The notes: generated by a model not told the origin, from the letters alone. A stretch of 64,000 bases of DNA from an uncultured Clostridia bacterium (GCA_934271255.1 CAKQQS010000002.1:112684-176683); one strand, 5' to 3'. Numbered from the stretch's first letter, positions 54,318 through 64,000 are shown. Made by a program: numbers and translations.

Positions 54318-55205
54318 TTATTTTTTTAACTGTTTTTTGATAAACTCTTCGGGCGCAAACATTTTTTCGGTTTGTTCCGCATCTTTTTTAGCCTGCGCTT
54401 GTACTTTTTTATACACGGGATCGCTTGTGAAATCTCTCGTTTTCGTATATTCTCCGCCTAAACTTTCGATAGCGAATCTCATTTCGACGAAATCGTTGTA
54501 TTTTATATCTTCTCTTTCGATTTCTTTATATAACGTGTCGAGAGCCCTTTCGTCGCCGTATTTTGCAAGCATGTTTGCATATTCGGGAACGTTGTCGGGA
54601 TGAATTAAAAACTCGTCTAACAAAATAGGTAATATTCTGTCGTCTTTTACTTTACATTCCGATAAAACCGCAGCGAAATACGCTTTTGAAAACTCGTTCA
54701 TTTTCGGGTACGTTTCAAGCAAAGCGTTTCGTACGATGTCGGCGTTTTCCATAAGTTTTTCTTGTAAAATCTCTAACACGTCGTCGCAAACGCTTCTCGT
54801 TAACGCCATAATTATATATTTTTTTAACTGACACGTAGAGCCCATATCCGACAACATATTTACAGCGTACATTAAAAGTTCTTCGTTGCCGTAATCGAGA
54901 AGAGCAACCAACTTGGGTTCGCACTCTTTGTCGTCGATAATCGCTTCAACGAGAAAATCCGAAACGGGAATGCCCGTTTCTACGCTTTTAATAAGCGCGT
55001 TGATTTTTTCGGTTGCGGTGAAAGTTTTATAATATTCGTTCGGGGAAACCCCGCCGAGTTCTGCAAAAACGTTGTTCCCGAACTTTTCGTAAAGCCCCGC
55101 TATTTTGTTTTCCAAAGTTTTTTCGTCGTATTTTCCGATGTTTTTATCAATAAACGATTGCATCGCTTTTTCAAACATTTTATCAAAGTTTACTATTTTT
55201 TTCAT
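54318..55205 (-). CDS. Hypothetical helical-repeat (HEAT-like) protein
   Basis: 295 aa, predicted all-helical. Its ATG overlaps the TPR gene stop (TGATG). Confidence 0.5.
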   Translation of the reverse strand: MKKIVNFDKMFEKAMQSFIDKNIGKYDEKTLENKIAGLYEKFGNNVFAELGGVSPNEYYKTFTATEKINALIKSVETGIPVSDFLVEAIIDDKECEPKLVALLDYGNEELLMYAVNMLSDMGSTCQLKKYIIMALTRSVCDDVLEILQEKLMENADIVRNALLETYPKMNEFSKAYFAAVLSECKVKDDRILPILLDEFLIHPDNVPEYANMLAKYGDERALDTLYKEIEREDIKYNDFVEMRFAIESLGGEYTKTRDFTSDPVYKKVQAQAKKDAEQTEKMFAPEEFIKKQLKK

Positions 55206-56905
55206 CAAATTACTCCGTTCATTATTTTCGTCAATTCGCTATATTCTTCGAGTTTACAGCCGAAAACGGCGCAAATCTTGTCAACGTCGTTCACTAATTT
55301 ACCCGCGCTTGCGTGAGTCGCTATATACGTGCCTACGCATTCCGGTGAAAAAGGCGATTCTTTACCGCCATATTCTGCAAACAACATATAATAAACGTCT
55401 TCCGCGACGTCGGCGAATCTTTTACAATCGTTGGTTATCAAAGGCGCGATTTCGCTTATTGCGACGGCGTAACCTTCGATTACGGTCAACGATAAAGCGT
55501 CTTCGTTTTTTGAAAAAGAAAGCGTTCTCAGTTTAATTTCCCTGTAAATATTAGAATATACGAATTTTATTTTTTTGTTCAGCCCGCGTAGCGATAACGC
55601 TTTCAGCATAACTTTTTTAGTCGAATCGCGAATAGATGCGTCGAGAAGTAAATCGTAAACGTACGGTAATCTTTCAATCGTTGAATAGGAAGCGACGATA
55701 ACGCCCGCAACACGTTCGATTTCAGGATCTTTGGTAGAAAAACACCAGTCGAGCGCATCGTCTAATTCGTCGGGATTTTTCAACGCTTTTTGATTGCCTT
55801 TAAGCACTCCGTCGACAAGCGCGAGACGTTTAGCCCTTTCTTCTTTCGGGATTTGAAAAGTATACGGAAGCGGTTCGATTTTTTTCGCGCGGTCGGGGTT
55901 AGCCGTTTCGTTTCCCGCCAGTTTTAAGTAATATCCCGCTATTCTTTTATCGTTGGTTAATTGAATTATTTTTCTGAAATATTTCGCGGCGTTTTCAAAT
56001 TCGCATAAATTATAATAAGTAATGCCTATCAAAAAATACAAAGTTACGTCGTAAGGTGTAAAATCAAGCATTTTCAACAAATACTTTATAGCCTTTTCGT
56101 ATTTACCTTGCTCGCAAAAAGACGATGCCAAACGAAAAGTTTTGCCTTCTTCGCCGTTTATTTTTTCTTCTGCGAGTTTTTCGTATTTTGCCGACAGTTG
56201 GTCTTCGCCGACGTAATGATATAAAATCGAAGCGTTACACAATGCGTCAAACCCGTCGGGGTTTATAGCCAAAGATTTTTTTGTATAACTTAACGCTTCG
56301 GGCATTTTATCGGCAAACATATACGCAAGAGAACACTCGTTTAACGCGTCTGCGTAATATTTGGAGTCGGTATCGAACTCGTCAAGGTGGTTAAGTACCG
56401 TATCGACGTTGCTCGTCAGCACGTCTTTGTGCATGACGGCTAGTTTTGCTTTCATTTTATCGTCCTGAATCTCGTCGGCGAAAACAAACCCTTTCTTTTC
56501 TTTTATCGGTGTCAACAAATCTTCCGTAAAATCCGTAATAACGTCGGGATCGACGTCGTCCATACCTCCCGCCATTACTTGCTTGTTCATGTAATAAGCG
56601 GAAATAAAGTTGTGCCCGAGACAATAGTAGTTAAGCCCCAGTCCGCCGTAGGCTTGTCTTTTTTCATCGTTATCGCAAACGGAAAGGTATTTAAACCATA
56701 CGTTTATGGCTAATTCGTGTAAATCGCATTCCGAATAAGCGTCGGCAAGCATCATCAACGCTTCTTTATTGTAAGGGTCCTGTTGAAGCGCGTTGTTTAT
56801 CATAACGATGCCGCCTAAAACGTCGCCGTCCGCTAATTTATCGTCGGCGATATTAAGATACGCGTCAATTATTTTATTCAGTTGACCGATTTTGATTTTC
56901 GCCAT
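55205..56905 (-). CDS. TPR-repeat protein with an uncharacterised C-terminal half
   Basis: Several TPR-like units in the N-terminal ~330 aa. AAGGAAG RBS. Its start lies 32 nt inside hslO. Confidence 0.6.
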   Translation of the reverse strand: MAKIKIGQLNKIIDAYLNIADDKLADGDVLGGIVMINNALQQDPYNKEALMMLADAYSECDLHELAINVWFKYLSVCDNDEKRQAYGGLGLNYYCLGHNFISAYYMNKQVMAGGMDDVDPDVITDFTEDLLTPIKEKKGFVFADEIQDDKMKAKLAVMHKDVLTSNVDTVLNHLDEFDTDSKYYADALNECSLAYMFADKMPEALSYTKKSLAINPDGFDALCNASILYHYVGEDQLSAKYEKLAEEKINGEEGKTFRLASSFCEQGKYEKAIKYLLKMLDFTPYDVTLYFLIGITYYNLCEFENAAKYFRKIIQLTNDKRIAGYYLKLAGNETANPDRAKKIEPLPYTFQIPKEERAKRLALVDGVLKGNQKALKNPDELDDALDWCFSTKDPEIERVAGVIVASYSTIERLPYVYDLLLDASIRDSTKKVMLKALSLRGLNKKIKFVYSNIYREIKLRTLSFSKNEDALSLTVIEGYAVAISEIAPLITNDCKRFADVAEDVYYMLFAEYGGKESPFSPECVGTYIATHASAGKLVNDVDKICAVFGCKLEEYSELTKIMNGVI

Positions 56906-57770
56906 TCTCTTCCTTTAATTTATCGATGTCTTCCTTGTAAAACTCATAATTTTTATGACAAAACTGACAATTTACCTGAATCTTTCCGTCTTTATTTATC
57001 ATATCGTACAATTCGTCGAAACCGAGCGTCAGTAATAATCTTTCGATATATTCTTTTGAACACAAACATTTGTAAACGGGGCGCGCTTCTTTGTAAAACA
57101 AGGAGTCTATACCGAACGAGTCGATAAGTATATCTTCGAGCGGTTTTTCTTTTATAAGCGTACTGATATTCGTTAGTCCGTTCATGATTTTTTCAGCCTT
57201 TTCAAGGTGTTCGTCGTCAGCGTTCGGAAGCGCTTGTAATATAACCGCGCCGGCGCCGATACACGTCAGATCCGTACCTATTTTCACCCCTACCGCTATT
57301 GCCGTAGGAACTTGTTCGCTATACGCGTAATACGCGGTAAAGTCTTCGCCTATTTCGCCGCTTATAAGATTGCTCGTTCCGACGTACGGTTCTTTAAGCC
57401 CTAAATCTTTTACGACTGTCAACTTACCGTTTGTTCCGACAAATCCGCCTACGTCGAGTTTTCCGTTTGATTTTAAAGGCATATCGCCGTAAGGATTATC
57501 GATAGACGCTCTCATTTCGAGTTTACCGTTTCCGCAAACGACTATCTGCCCTGCCGCTCCGCCGCCGTTTATCGTAACGGATAGTTTGTCCGTATCGTTT
57601 TTAAACTGACTGCACATATAAGTCGTAACGGTAAGCGTTCTTCCGAGAGCCGCTGCCGAAAGGGGCGAAAGGTTGTGTATTTTGATTATTTCGTTTACCA
57701 TATCCGTCGTATCTATCGCGGTTACGGAAAACCGGTTGTCTAATGCCGTTGTAGTTATAAGTCTTGCCAT
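56874..57770 (-). CDS. hslO: Hsp33-family redox-regulated chaperone
   Basis: Hsp33 fold sequence and C-terminal zinc centre CLCS...CQFC. Confidence 0.85.
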   Translation of the reverse strand: MARLITTTALDNRFSVTAIDTTDMVNEIIKIHNLSPLSAAALGRTLTVTTYMCSQFKNDTDKLSVTINGGGAAGQIVVCGNGKLEMRASIDNPYGDMPLKSNGKLDVGGFVGTNGKLTVVKDLGLKEPYVGTSNLISGEIGEDFTAYYAYSEQVPTAIAVGVKIGTDLTCIGAGAVILQALPNADDEHLEKAEKIMNGLTNISTLIKEKPLEDILIDSFGIDSLFYKEARPVYKCLCSKEYIERLLLTLGFDELYDMINKDGKIQVNCQFCHKNYEFYKEDIDKLKEENGENQNRSTE

Positions 57771-59083
57771 TATTTTATATCCTGCCCTTCCAAGGTTACG
57801 GGACCTTCTTTAATTTTTATTAAATTATCGGGGGTATTATCTTTTTCTTTAAACAACAGTTTAAGTAAAATCGGCGCAAGGATAGAACTTACAAGTACGA
57901 GCATAATCGTAACGGCAAGGTTTTTGGAATCGAGCAATCCGCCGCTTATACCTTTTTGGGTTACGACTAACGCTACTTCGCCCCTTGCTATCATTCCCAC
58001 GCCTATTTTCAACGAGTCCTTATTGTCGAACTTACACAATCTCGCCACGCCGCCGCAACCGATAATTTTGCCGAATATCGCTACCGAAACGAACGCAAGC
58101 GCAAACCATAACACATCCAGTGTAAAGTTTGCAAAAGATATGCTTATACCTATATTCGCAAAGAAAATCGGCGCGAAAACCATATAAGAACTTATCGTGA
58201 TTTTTCTGTCCGTATATTCGGCGGCTTTATGGTTCGCGGATAAAATCAAACCTGCTATATACGCGCCCGTAATGTCCGCAACGCCGAACATTGCTTCCGC
58301 AACGTAAGCGTAAATAAAACATACCGCCAAAGATAATATAGGTAATCTTCTCGTATTAGGATGCCTGTTTTCGATAACGTGAAAAAGTTTGCTGACGCCT
58401 ATTCCTACGCCGATGGCGACGACGAAATATACCAGCATCCACAAAATGGAAATCCACGCTGCGCCGTTAGGGTTGATTAAGTCCAACAACCAGGAAGAAG
58501 TACCCGCGCTTGACGCCCCGCGTTTTAAACTCAAAACGATAGACAAAACGATTATTCCCAAAACGTCGTCTATAATAGCCGCCGACAAAATAACCGTCCC
58601 TACTTTTGTTTTGAGTTTATTCATTTCTTTAAGCGTTTCTACCGTTATGCCTACGCTCGTCGCCGTCATGATGACGCCTACAAACAAGCATGAAATAAGA
58701 TTTTTCGTGCCTAAAAACGCGCAACCTATACCGAACCCTGCGGCAAGCGGAACGAGTACGCCGCCCATTGCAACCAAAAACGCAACGAGTCCCGAAGATT
58801 TTAATTCTTTCAAATCCGTTTCGAGGCCTGCGGAGAACAGTACCAGAATTACCCCTACTTCGGCGAATCCTTCCAAAAAGTAGTTATCCTTTCCGGATAT
58901 CGGCAAAACCCATGCGGGCGGAATATCGAATATTAAGCCCCAGACGGATCTTCCTACGAGTATACCCGCCAAAATAAACCCTAAAACTTGCGGTAGTCCC
59001 AACTTTCTCATTAAGATACCGAGAAGTTTAGTCGATAACAAAATTATACCTAATTGCAATATAAAATCATATACGCTTGGCAT
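57770..59083 (-). CDS. Cation:proton antiporter (CPA2-like Na_H exchanger family)
   Basis: About 12 TM helices with no RCK/KTN domain. Its stop overlaps the hslO start (TAATG). Confidence 0.7.
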   Translation of the reverse strand: MPSVYDFILQLGIILLSTKLLGILMRKLGLPQVLGFILAGILVGRSVWGLIFDIPPAWVLPISGKDNYFLEGFAEVGVILVLFSAGLETDLKELKSSGLVAFLVAMGGVLVPLAAGFGIGCAFLGTKNLISCLFVGVIMTATSVGITVETLKEMNKLKTKVGTVILSAAIIDDVLGIIVLSIVLSLKRGASSAGTSSWLLDLINPNGAAWISILWMLVYFVVAIGVGIGVSKLFHVIENRHPNTRRLPILSLAVCFIYAYVAEAMFGVADITGAYIAGLILSANHKAAEYTDRKITISSYMVFAPIFFANIGISISFANFTLDVLWFALAFVSVAIFGKIIGCGGVARLCKFDNKDSLKIGVGMIARGEVALVVTQKGISGGLLDSKNLAVTIMLVLVSSILAPILLKLLFKEKDNTPDNLIKIKEGPVTLEGQDIK

Positions 59084-59105
59084 AAAACACTCCTTTAAAA
59101 CTTAT

Positions 59106-59133
59106 GAAAGCCGAAACAACGTTTTCGGCTTTC
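59106..59133 (-). terminator. Hairpin downstream of the 59144 gene
   Basis: 11-bp stem GAAAGCCGAAA/TTTCGGCTTTC. The U-tract is weak. Confidence 0.5.
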
Positions 59134-59143
59134 AAGTAGACTC

Positions 59144-60403
59144 TTATTCTTTATCGTCATTCTCGGCAGGAGTTTCTTCTGTTTTTTCGTCAACGGAAAC
59201 TTCGCTCGTTTCGGCGGTATTTTCAACGTTTTTATCGTTCATGTGTTCTTCGATATAACGTTTATTGTCTTCGATCATCGCTTGCTTGCTTTCTTGCAAA
59301 CGCTGTAAATCTGCTCTATTGAAAGTTGTAGGTAATTCTACAAGTTTAATGTCTTCGTCCGTAATGGGCTTTATAGGTTTGGTGGAAAAAATCGAAGTGG
59401 TTGCAAACTTTTCCATTTGTTCTTTATATTGTTGCAAACTCTTCGAATCGTTTTTACCGACTTTTTCGTAAATACCGCGATTCTTTTTCGCGCCGGGCAC
59501 CTTATCGTTGATAAACTTGTCGAATACCCATTGATTGTAATTCGTCCAGACGAGTGTAAATAAAATAGGTCCGATGAATATAAATAAAATGAGCCCTATT
59601 TCTCCGAGTATACTGCTTGTCGCGCCGAAAATCAACATCAACCATACGGGGATAAGTCCTAAAAATATAAAGAATATATTTTGCGGAAGAAGTCCCAACG
59701 TTAAGAAAAACGCGTTTTTAATCAATTGAAAGTAAGAGCATTTATACGTTACACAAATAGTAAGCATATAGCATACCATAATGGTAACAAAAGCCATTAC
59801 GATATAATTGCAAACCACCGACGCCGTAAGTAAAAAGTTATTCGCCGAGCCTATCGCCTTTGCATAACTTGCGAACGCTGTCATATATTCGGACAGCCAA
59901 ACAAGCAACGAATAAATAATCGCCGTTATAAGTATTTGCACAAAGTTAAGTTTGATACCGCGCCAAAAATCGTTGGCTACGAAAATACCTTCCGTCCATA
60001 CGATGTTTCTTACGATATAAAATCCGCCTGCAACTCCGACAGCCGCAATAATAGCGGCTATGGGCAGTAAGCAATAAATCATAGAAGACTGTAAATTAAC
60101 CGCTTCCGAAAGCCCCTGTACCAAAGGAAACGCAGGGTAACCGATTCCTATATTTTGGGAAAACGGATATTGCATACCCAAATTGCTTAACGATAACGTT
60201 TTTAAAAGTAAAATAATAAAAACGGGTAATAAAAATAAAAGCATCAGAAGATTGATCAAAATCAGTTTGGTAAATCTCGTTTTAATGATGTCCCAAAAAA
60301 GTCCCCATCTGTTCGACGGTAACGTCGAGCGGGCGTAAGTTTCGGATTTTTCCGAGCCCATTATCAATCTGTTTATTAAACCGCCTTTTTTCTTGGTTGC
60401 CAT
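59144..60403 (-). CDS. Polytopic membrane protein, YesL/DUF624-like, with an acidic C-terminal tail
   Basis: Multiple TM helices. The N-terminus (WGLFWDIIKTRFTKLILINLL) is reminiscent of DUF624. The start is set at ATG 60403 after AGGAG. Confidence 0.4.
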   Translation of the reverse strand: MATKKKGGLINRLIMGSEKSETYARSTLPSNRWGLFWDIIKTRFTKLILINLLMLLFLLPVFIILLLKTLSLSNLGMQYPFSQNIGIGYPAFPLVQGLSEAVNLQSSMIYCLLPIAAIIAAVGVAGGFYIVRNIVWTEGIFVANDFWRGIKLNFVQILITAIIYSLLVWLSEYMTAFASYAKAIGSANNFLLTASVVCNYIVMAFVTIMVCYMLTICVTYKCSYFQLIKNAFFLTLGLLPQNIFFIFLGLIPVWLMLIFGATSSILGEIGLILFIFIGPILFTLVWTNYNQWVFDKFINDKVPGAKKNRGIYEKVGKNDSKSLQQYKEQMEKFATTSIFSTKPIKPITDEDIKLVELPTTFNRADLQRLQESKQAMIEDNKRYIEEHMNDKNVENTAETSEVSVDEKTEETPAENDDKE

Positions 60404-60567
60404 AAACACTCCTATCGCGCGCATATTTATAGTTATAAAAATAACTCGTATATATTCTATACTAAAATAAAAACTTTTTCAAACAAATACAACATAAATA
60501 TGGGATTTTTTTATTCTTTTTTCAAAAAACTCAAAAAACGCCCTTAAAAACTCAAATCGGAGGTATT

Positions 60568-61566
60568 ATGAAAGGATTTTCTATGGCAATAATAGGTGTT
60601 ACGGGACTCGTCGGAAGAACGCTCGTCGACGTTATCAACGAAACGAATCCGCCGATAGAAAACTTCTACATTTTCGCGTCGAAAAAGTCGATCGGAAAAT
60701 CTTTTAATATTTTAGGAAAAACTTACGCCGTCGCCGAGTTATCCGACGAAAACGTAGTCGGCAAAAAAATAGACGTTGCCGTTTTTTGCGTAAACGCAAA
60801 ATTAAGCAGAAAGTACGCGAAATTATTCGTTAAGAACAACGCTTTGGTAATCGACAACTCGACGGCTTTCAGAAGGTCGAAAACTACGCCCCTTGTCGTT
60901 CCCGAAGTAAACGAAAAGGATATGTATGATAATCGCGGCATAATCTCTAACCCCAACTGTTCAACCATTCAGGGAGCAGTCGTTTTAAAACCCCTTCACG
61001 ACGCCTTTAAAATCAAACGGGTAATTTTTACAACTTTTCAATCGGTATCGGGAGCGGGACAACAAGGCGTTTTTGATTTACGAAACGGCATTAAAGGAAT
61101 TAAACCGACAAAGTTTTCGAGAAATATTTTCGGAAACGCCATACCTAAAATTGACGAGTTTCTTAAAAACGGGTATACTAAGGAAGAAGAAAAAATCATA
61201 TACGAATCAAAAAAGATTTTGAAAGATAAAAATATTAAAGTTACGGCTACTTGCGTCAGGGTTCCCGTGTTCGTATCTCATGCCGAAAGCGTCAACGTCG
61301 AGTTTTGCAAACCCGTAACTTTGAAAAAACTTGTATCCGTTCTAAAAGCCGCTCCCGACGTAATCGTAGCCGACGATAACGATTTTGAAAAGTTTCCTAC
61401 GCAAGCGGAAATTCAAGGAAAAAACGAAGTTTTCGTAGGAAGAATCAGAAAAGACAACTCAAATAAAAACGCGGTTAATTTATGGATAGTGGCAGACAAT
61501 CTCAGAAAAGGCGCGGCAACGAACGCTTTGCAAATAGCTGTAAAATACTTTGAGAACAGGAGTTAA
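60568..61566 (+). CDS. asd: Aspartate-semialdehyde dehydrogenase
   Basis: GVTGLVGR, active site SNPNCSTI. GGAGG RBS upstream. Confidence 0.9.
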   Translation: MKGFSMAIIGVTGLVGRTLVDVINETNPPIENFYIFASKKSIGKSFNILGKTYAVAELSDENVVGKKIDVAVFCVNAKLSRKYAKLFVKNNALVIDNSTAFRRSKTTPLVVPEVNEKDMYDNRGIISNPNCSTIQGAVVLKPLHDAFKIKRVIFTTFQSVSGAGQQGVFDLRNGIKGIKPTKFSRNIFGNAIPKIDEFLKNGYTKEEEKIIYESKKILKDKNIKVTATCVRVPVFVSHAESVNVEFCKPVTLKKLVSVLKAAPDVIVADDNDFEKFPTQAEIQGKNEVFVGRIRKDNSNKNAVNLWIVADNLRKGAATNALQIAVKYFENRS

Positions 61567-61568
61567 AT

Positions 61569-62453
61569 ATGAATACTTTATTTCTCGGAACTTGCACCGC
61601 ACTGATAACGCCGTTTAACAAAAACGGAGTAGATTTTGCTAATTTTGAAAAACAAATCGAACGACAACTCTCAAACAAAATTAAAACTCTTGCGGTATGC
61701 ACGACGACGGGCGAAACACCGACTCTTACCGACTTTGAATACAAACAAGTTATTGAGTTTGCGGTAAACGTCATAAACAAACGAGCAACCGTCATCGTCG
61801 GAACGGGCTCAAACTGTACGAAAACCGCAATTTCAAACAGTATTTTTGCTGAAAAAGCCGGCGCGGACGGACTTTTGGTCGTTACCCCTTACTATAACAA
61901 ATGCACGCAAAACGGCATTGTCAAATACTATACCGACGTTGCCGAAAGCGTTAAAATACCCGTCATAGCGTACAACGTGCCGTCAAGAACGGGTGTTAAT
62001 ATTTTACCGGAAACGATGCAAAAGATATCGCTAATACCGAACGTAGTCGGCATTAAAGAAGCGAGCGGCGATTTGCAACAAGTAAAACGCACGATAAAAC
62101 TTACGCGCGGTAACGCAAAGATATATTGTGGGGACGACGCGTTATATTACGACTTTTTAAAATCAGGCGCAAGCGGGTGCGTTTCTGCTGTTTCAAACGT
62201 GTTCCCGAAAGAGTTCGACGATATATATCTTAACTACATATCGAAAAAATATAACCGCGCTAAAACAATACAGCACGATTTGAAAGAATTGATAGACGCT
62301 CTTTACGTCGAAGTAAACCCTATACCCGTCAAATACGTTTTAAAACTGTTGAAATTAGACAGCGGTATACTTCGTCTGCCGTTAACCGAACTTGAAAAAG
62401 AACACAAAAAACTAGTTAAAACGGCAATCTTTAAAAGCGGCGTAAAACTATGA
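61569..62453 (+). CDS. dapA: 4-hydroxy-tetrahydrodipicolinate synthase
   Basis: TTGE, YNVPSRTG and the GIKEASG lysine motif. Confidence 0.9.
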   Translation: MNTLFLGTCTALITPFNKNGVDFANFEKQIERQLSNKIKTLAVCTTTGETPTLTDFEYKQVIEFAVNVINKRATVIVGTGSNCTKTAISNSIFAEKAGADGLLVVTPYYNKCTQNGIVKYYTDVAESVKIPVIAYNVPSRTGVNILPETMQKISLIPNVVGIKEASGDLQQVKRTIKLTRGNAKIYCGDDALYYDFLKSGASGCVSAVSNVFPKEFDDIYLNYISKKYNRAKTIQHDLKELIDALYVEVNPIPVKYVLKLLKLDSGILRLPLTELEKEHKKLVKTAIFKSGVKL

Positions 62454-63148
62454 AAATCTTAATCGTAGGCATAAGCGGCAAAATGGGCAGAACGTTATTT
62501 CACGCTTTAAACGACGACGTTGAGCAGCATGAAATACGCGGCGTAGATATTGTCAAAAACGATATAAAAACCGTTACGTATCACGATTTTACCGAGGTTG
62601 ATTTTAACCCCGACGTTATAGTCGATTTTTCTTCTCGTTCGGCTCTTGACGACGTTTTGGATTTTGCCGAGAAACATAAAACGAGTTGTGTTTTTCTTGC
62701 GACGGATTACACCGAAAACGATGTTGAAAAAATAAAGGAATTATCAAAGAAAGTCGCCGTTTTGAAAACAGCGAATACAAGCGTCGGTATAACACTTTTG
62801 CTCAGCCTTGTAAAAAGCGTGAAAAAGGTTTTTAAAACCGCCGAAATTACAATTACCGAAACGCATCATATTTACAAAAAAGACGCTCCGTCAGGTACCG
62901 CGCTTGCTATCAACGACGCCGTTGACGGGTCAGCCGAAATTATATCGATAAGACAAGGCGAAGTCGTCGGTACGCACGAAATAAAGTTTGACAACGGTTT
63001 GGAAAGCATAACGATTACCCACGAGGCGAACGACAGAAAACTATTTGCCGACGGCGCCCTGCTTGCCGCTGAATTCGTTTATAAAAAAGACACCGGCTTT
63101 TATACTATGCAAGACGTTGTAGAGTCTTTGAAAAAATCTGAATATTGA
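62450..63148 (+). CDS. dapB: 4-hydroxy-tetrahydrodipicolinate reductase (short form)
   Basis: ETHHIYKKDAPSGTA motif. ATGA overlap with dapA. Confidence 0.8.
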   Translation: MKILIVGISGKMGRTLFHALNDDVEQHEIRGVDIVKNDIKTVTYHDFTEVDFNPDVIVDFSSRSALDDVLDFAEKHKTSCVFLATDYTENDVEKIKELSKKVAVLKTANTSVGITLLLSLVKSVKKVFKTAEITITETHHIYKKDAPSGTALAINDAVDGSAEIISIRQGEVVGTHEIKFDNGLESITITHEANDRKLFADGALLAAEFVYKKDTGFYTMQDVVESLKKSEY

Positions 63149-63191
63149 CGCTGTTTCAAAAACGACGATAAAAAGAAAATGGCGAATTACC

Positions 63192-63221
63192 TTTACAAAA
63201 GCAATCTTTTTGTGTTATAAT
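63192..63221 (+). promoter_or_regulatory. Sigma-A promoter (extended -10) of sepF
   Basis: TTTACA (63192..63197), 18 nt, TGtTATAAT (63213..63221). Confidence 0.5.
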
Positions 63222-63310
63222 AGATTTAATGAAAATATATGACGATATTAAACGTCCGTCCGAATCTAAGGTTGTTGACGGTTATTCGGTAACGGATATA
63301 AGGAGTTATT

Positions 63311-63661
63311 ATGAGTTTATTTGATTTTTTCGGTAGAAATACAACTGTCGATCAAACGCCCGGGCGCGGAACGAACGGTTCGAGAATTATGCCCCAAGAC
63401 AACTTTGCCGTGGGTAGAGAAGAAAAGGAATCGCCGTTGACAGTGTGCCGTCCCCACTCCTTTAAAGACGTTGAAAATATTATCGATATTTTAAAAACGG
63501 GCAAACAGGTAATGTTACAAACGGAATCTTTGCAAAATCAAACGAAGTTCAGGGTACTCGATTTGTTGTCGGGTGCGATTTACGCGCTTGGCGGCGGGGT
63601 TTACGAAGTCAAGGAAGACACTTACATTTTCACGCCGAAAGGTATTTCCGTAAGGCAATAG
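63311..63661 (+). CDS. sepF: Cell division protein SepF (short)
   Basis: C-terminal SepF domain (CRPHSFKDVENIIDILKTGKQVML...RVLDLLSGAIYALGG). Confidence 0.75.
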   Translation: MSLFDFFGRNTTVDQTPGRGTNGSRIMPQDNFAVGREEKESPLTVCRPHSFKDVENIIDILKTGKQVMLQTESLQNQTKFRVLDLLSGAIYALGGGVYEVKEDTYIFTPKGISVRQ

Positions 63662-63723
63662 CTTTTATTATCGACGGTTAACGATTCGTTTCGTCAGGTG
63701 ATTATTTAATAATTTAAAAATAG

Positions 63724-63748
63724 CGCGGTACGCAATTTGCGTACCGCG
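63724..63748. terminator. GC-rich hairpin between sepF and the convergent gene
   Basis: 11-bp stem CGCGGTACGCA/TGCGTACCGCG. Confidence 0.55.
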
Positions 63749-63762
63749 TCAACTTATATCAT

Positions 63763-63801
63763 GAAAAAAAACAGCCGTTTTCGTTTAAGAAACTCGGCTG
63801 T
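63763..63801 (-). terminator. Intrinsic terminator of the right-edge gene
   Basis: Stem ACAGCCG/CGGCTGT, followed by U8 on the minus strand. Confidence 0.6.
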
Positions 63802-63807
63802 TTATTA

Positions 63808-64000
63808 TTAGTTGAACATATCGTCGTTGTTATCGTCGGAATTACCTCCGAACGGATTTTGATTGTTGGTTTGATTTCCGCCGAAATCTTGATTAGAGTT
63901 ATCGTTTGAATTCGTACCTGACGAATTAGCCGAATCGTCATCGGCAAACGGATCAACGAAATTATCGTTGTTGCCGCCGGCGTTATAAGTGTTGTTATAA
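63808..64000 (-). CDS. 3' end of a gene entering from the right edge, with an Asn/Asp/Gly-rich low-complexity C-terminus
   Basis: Hand translation of the reverse complement gives ...YNNTYNAGGNNDNFVDPFADDDSANSSGTNSNDNSNQDFGGNQTNNQNPFGGNSDDNNDDMFN, then a stop at 63810..63808. This ORF is not in the ORF track because its start is outside the window. Confidence 0.55.
   Translation of the reverse strand, partial: YNNTYNAGGNNDNFVDPFADDDSANSSGTNSNDNSNQDFGGNQTNNQNPFGGNSDDNNDDMFN

Noticed and set aside
60425-60567. Possible lysine (L-box) riboswitch upstream of asd-dapA-dapB
   Set aside because: The gap is only 143 nt, very AT-rich, and lacks any of the conserved L-box helices or motifs.
63759-63956. 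65-aa ORF from the track at the right edge
   Set aside because: Its composition is odd (I/T/R-rich) and its 3' end runs through the terminator hairpin at 63771..63801. A different frame with a proper stop and terminator explains the region better.

Overview
This 64-kb window looks like core chromosome of an AT-rich, endospore-forming Firmicute (Clostridia-like). Coding density is high and most genes are on the minus strand. Three canonical sporulation loci are present: spoIIAA-spoIIAB-sigF-spoVAC-spoVAD-spoVAE-yunB (0.3-4.4 kb), spoIIIAA-AH (13.6-18 kb) and spoIIGA-sigE-sigG (42.9-45.2 kb). The rest is housekeeping. This includes nusB-folD-ispA, lepA-hemW, htpG, hslO, asd-dapA-dapB, sepF and a nagA-nagB-kinase operon. 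It also includes GTP-PEPCK divergent from a Na+-pumping oxaloacetate-decarboxylase operon, three ABC exporters, a 6-tRNA operon and two solo tRNA-Thr genes. RNA and regulatory elements readable by eye are a T-box leader with a Phe (UUC) specifier at the left edge, a CIRCE-like operator at htpG, several consensus sigma-A promoters and many intrinsic terminators. I found no CRISPR array, transposase, integrase, phage or recognisable defence genes, and no convincing novel multi-gene system. The most unusual points are a spoIIIAE signal-peptide segment with no canonical start codon, a spoIIIAF reduced to its membrane part, and apparently leaderless araC-family and spoIIGA genes. Also notable are a perfect 14-bp hairpin inside the tRNA operon and a few uncharacterised gene modules (long SDR + hydrolase; antiporter-Hsp33-TPR-helical repeat; orphan diiron protein). 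All family calls come from motif recognition by eye, not from database searches.
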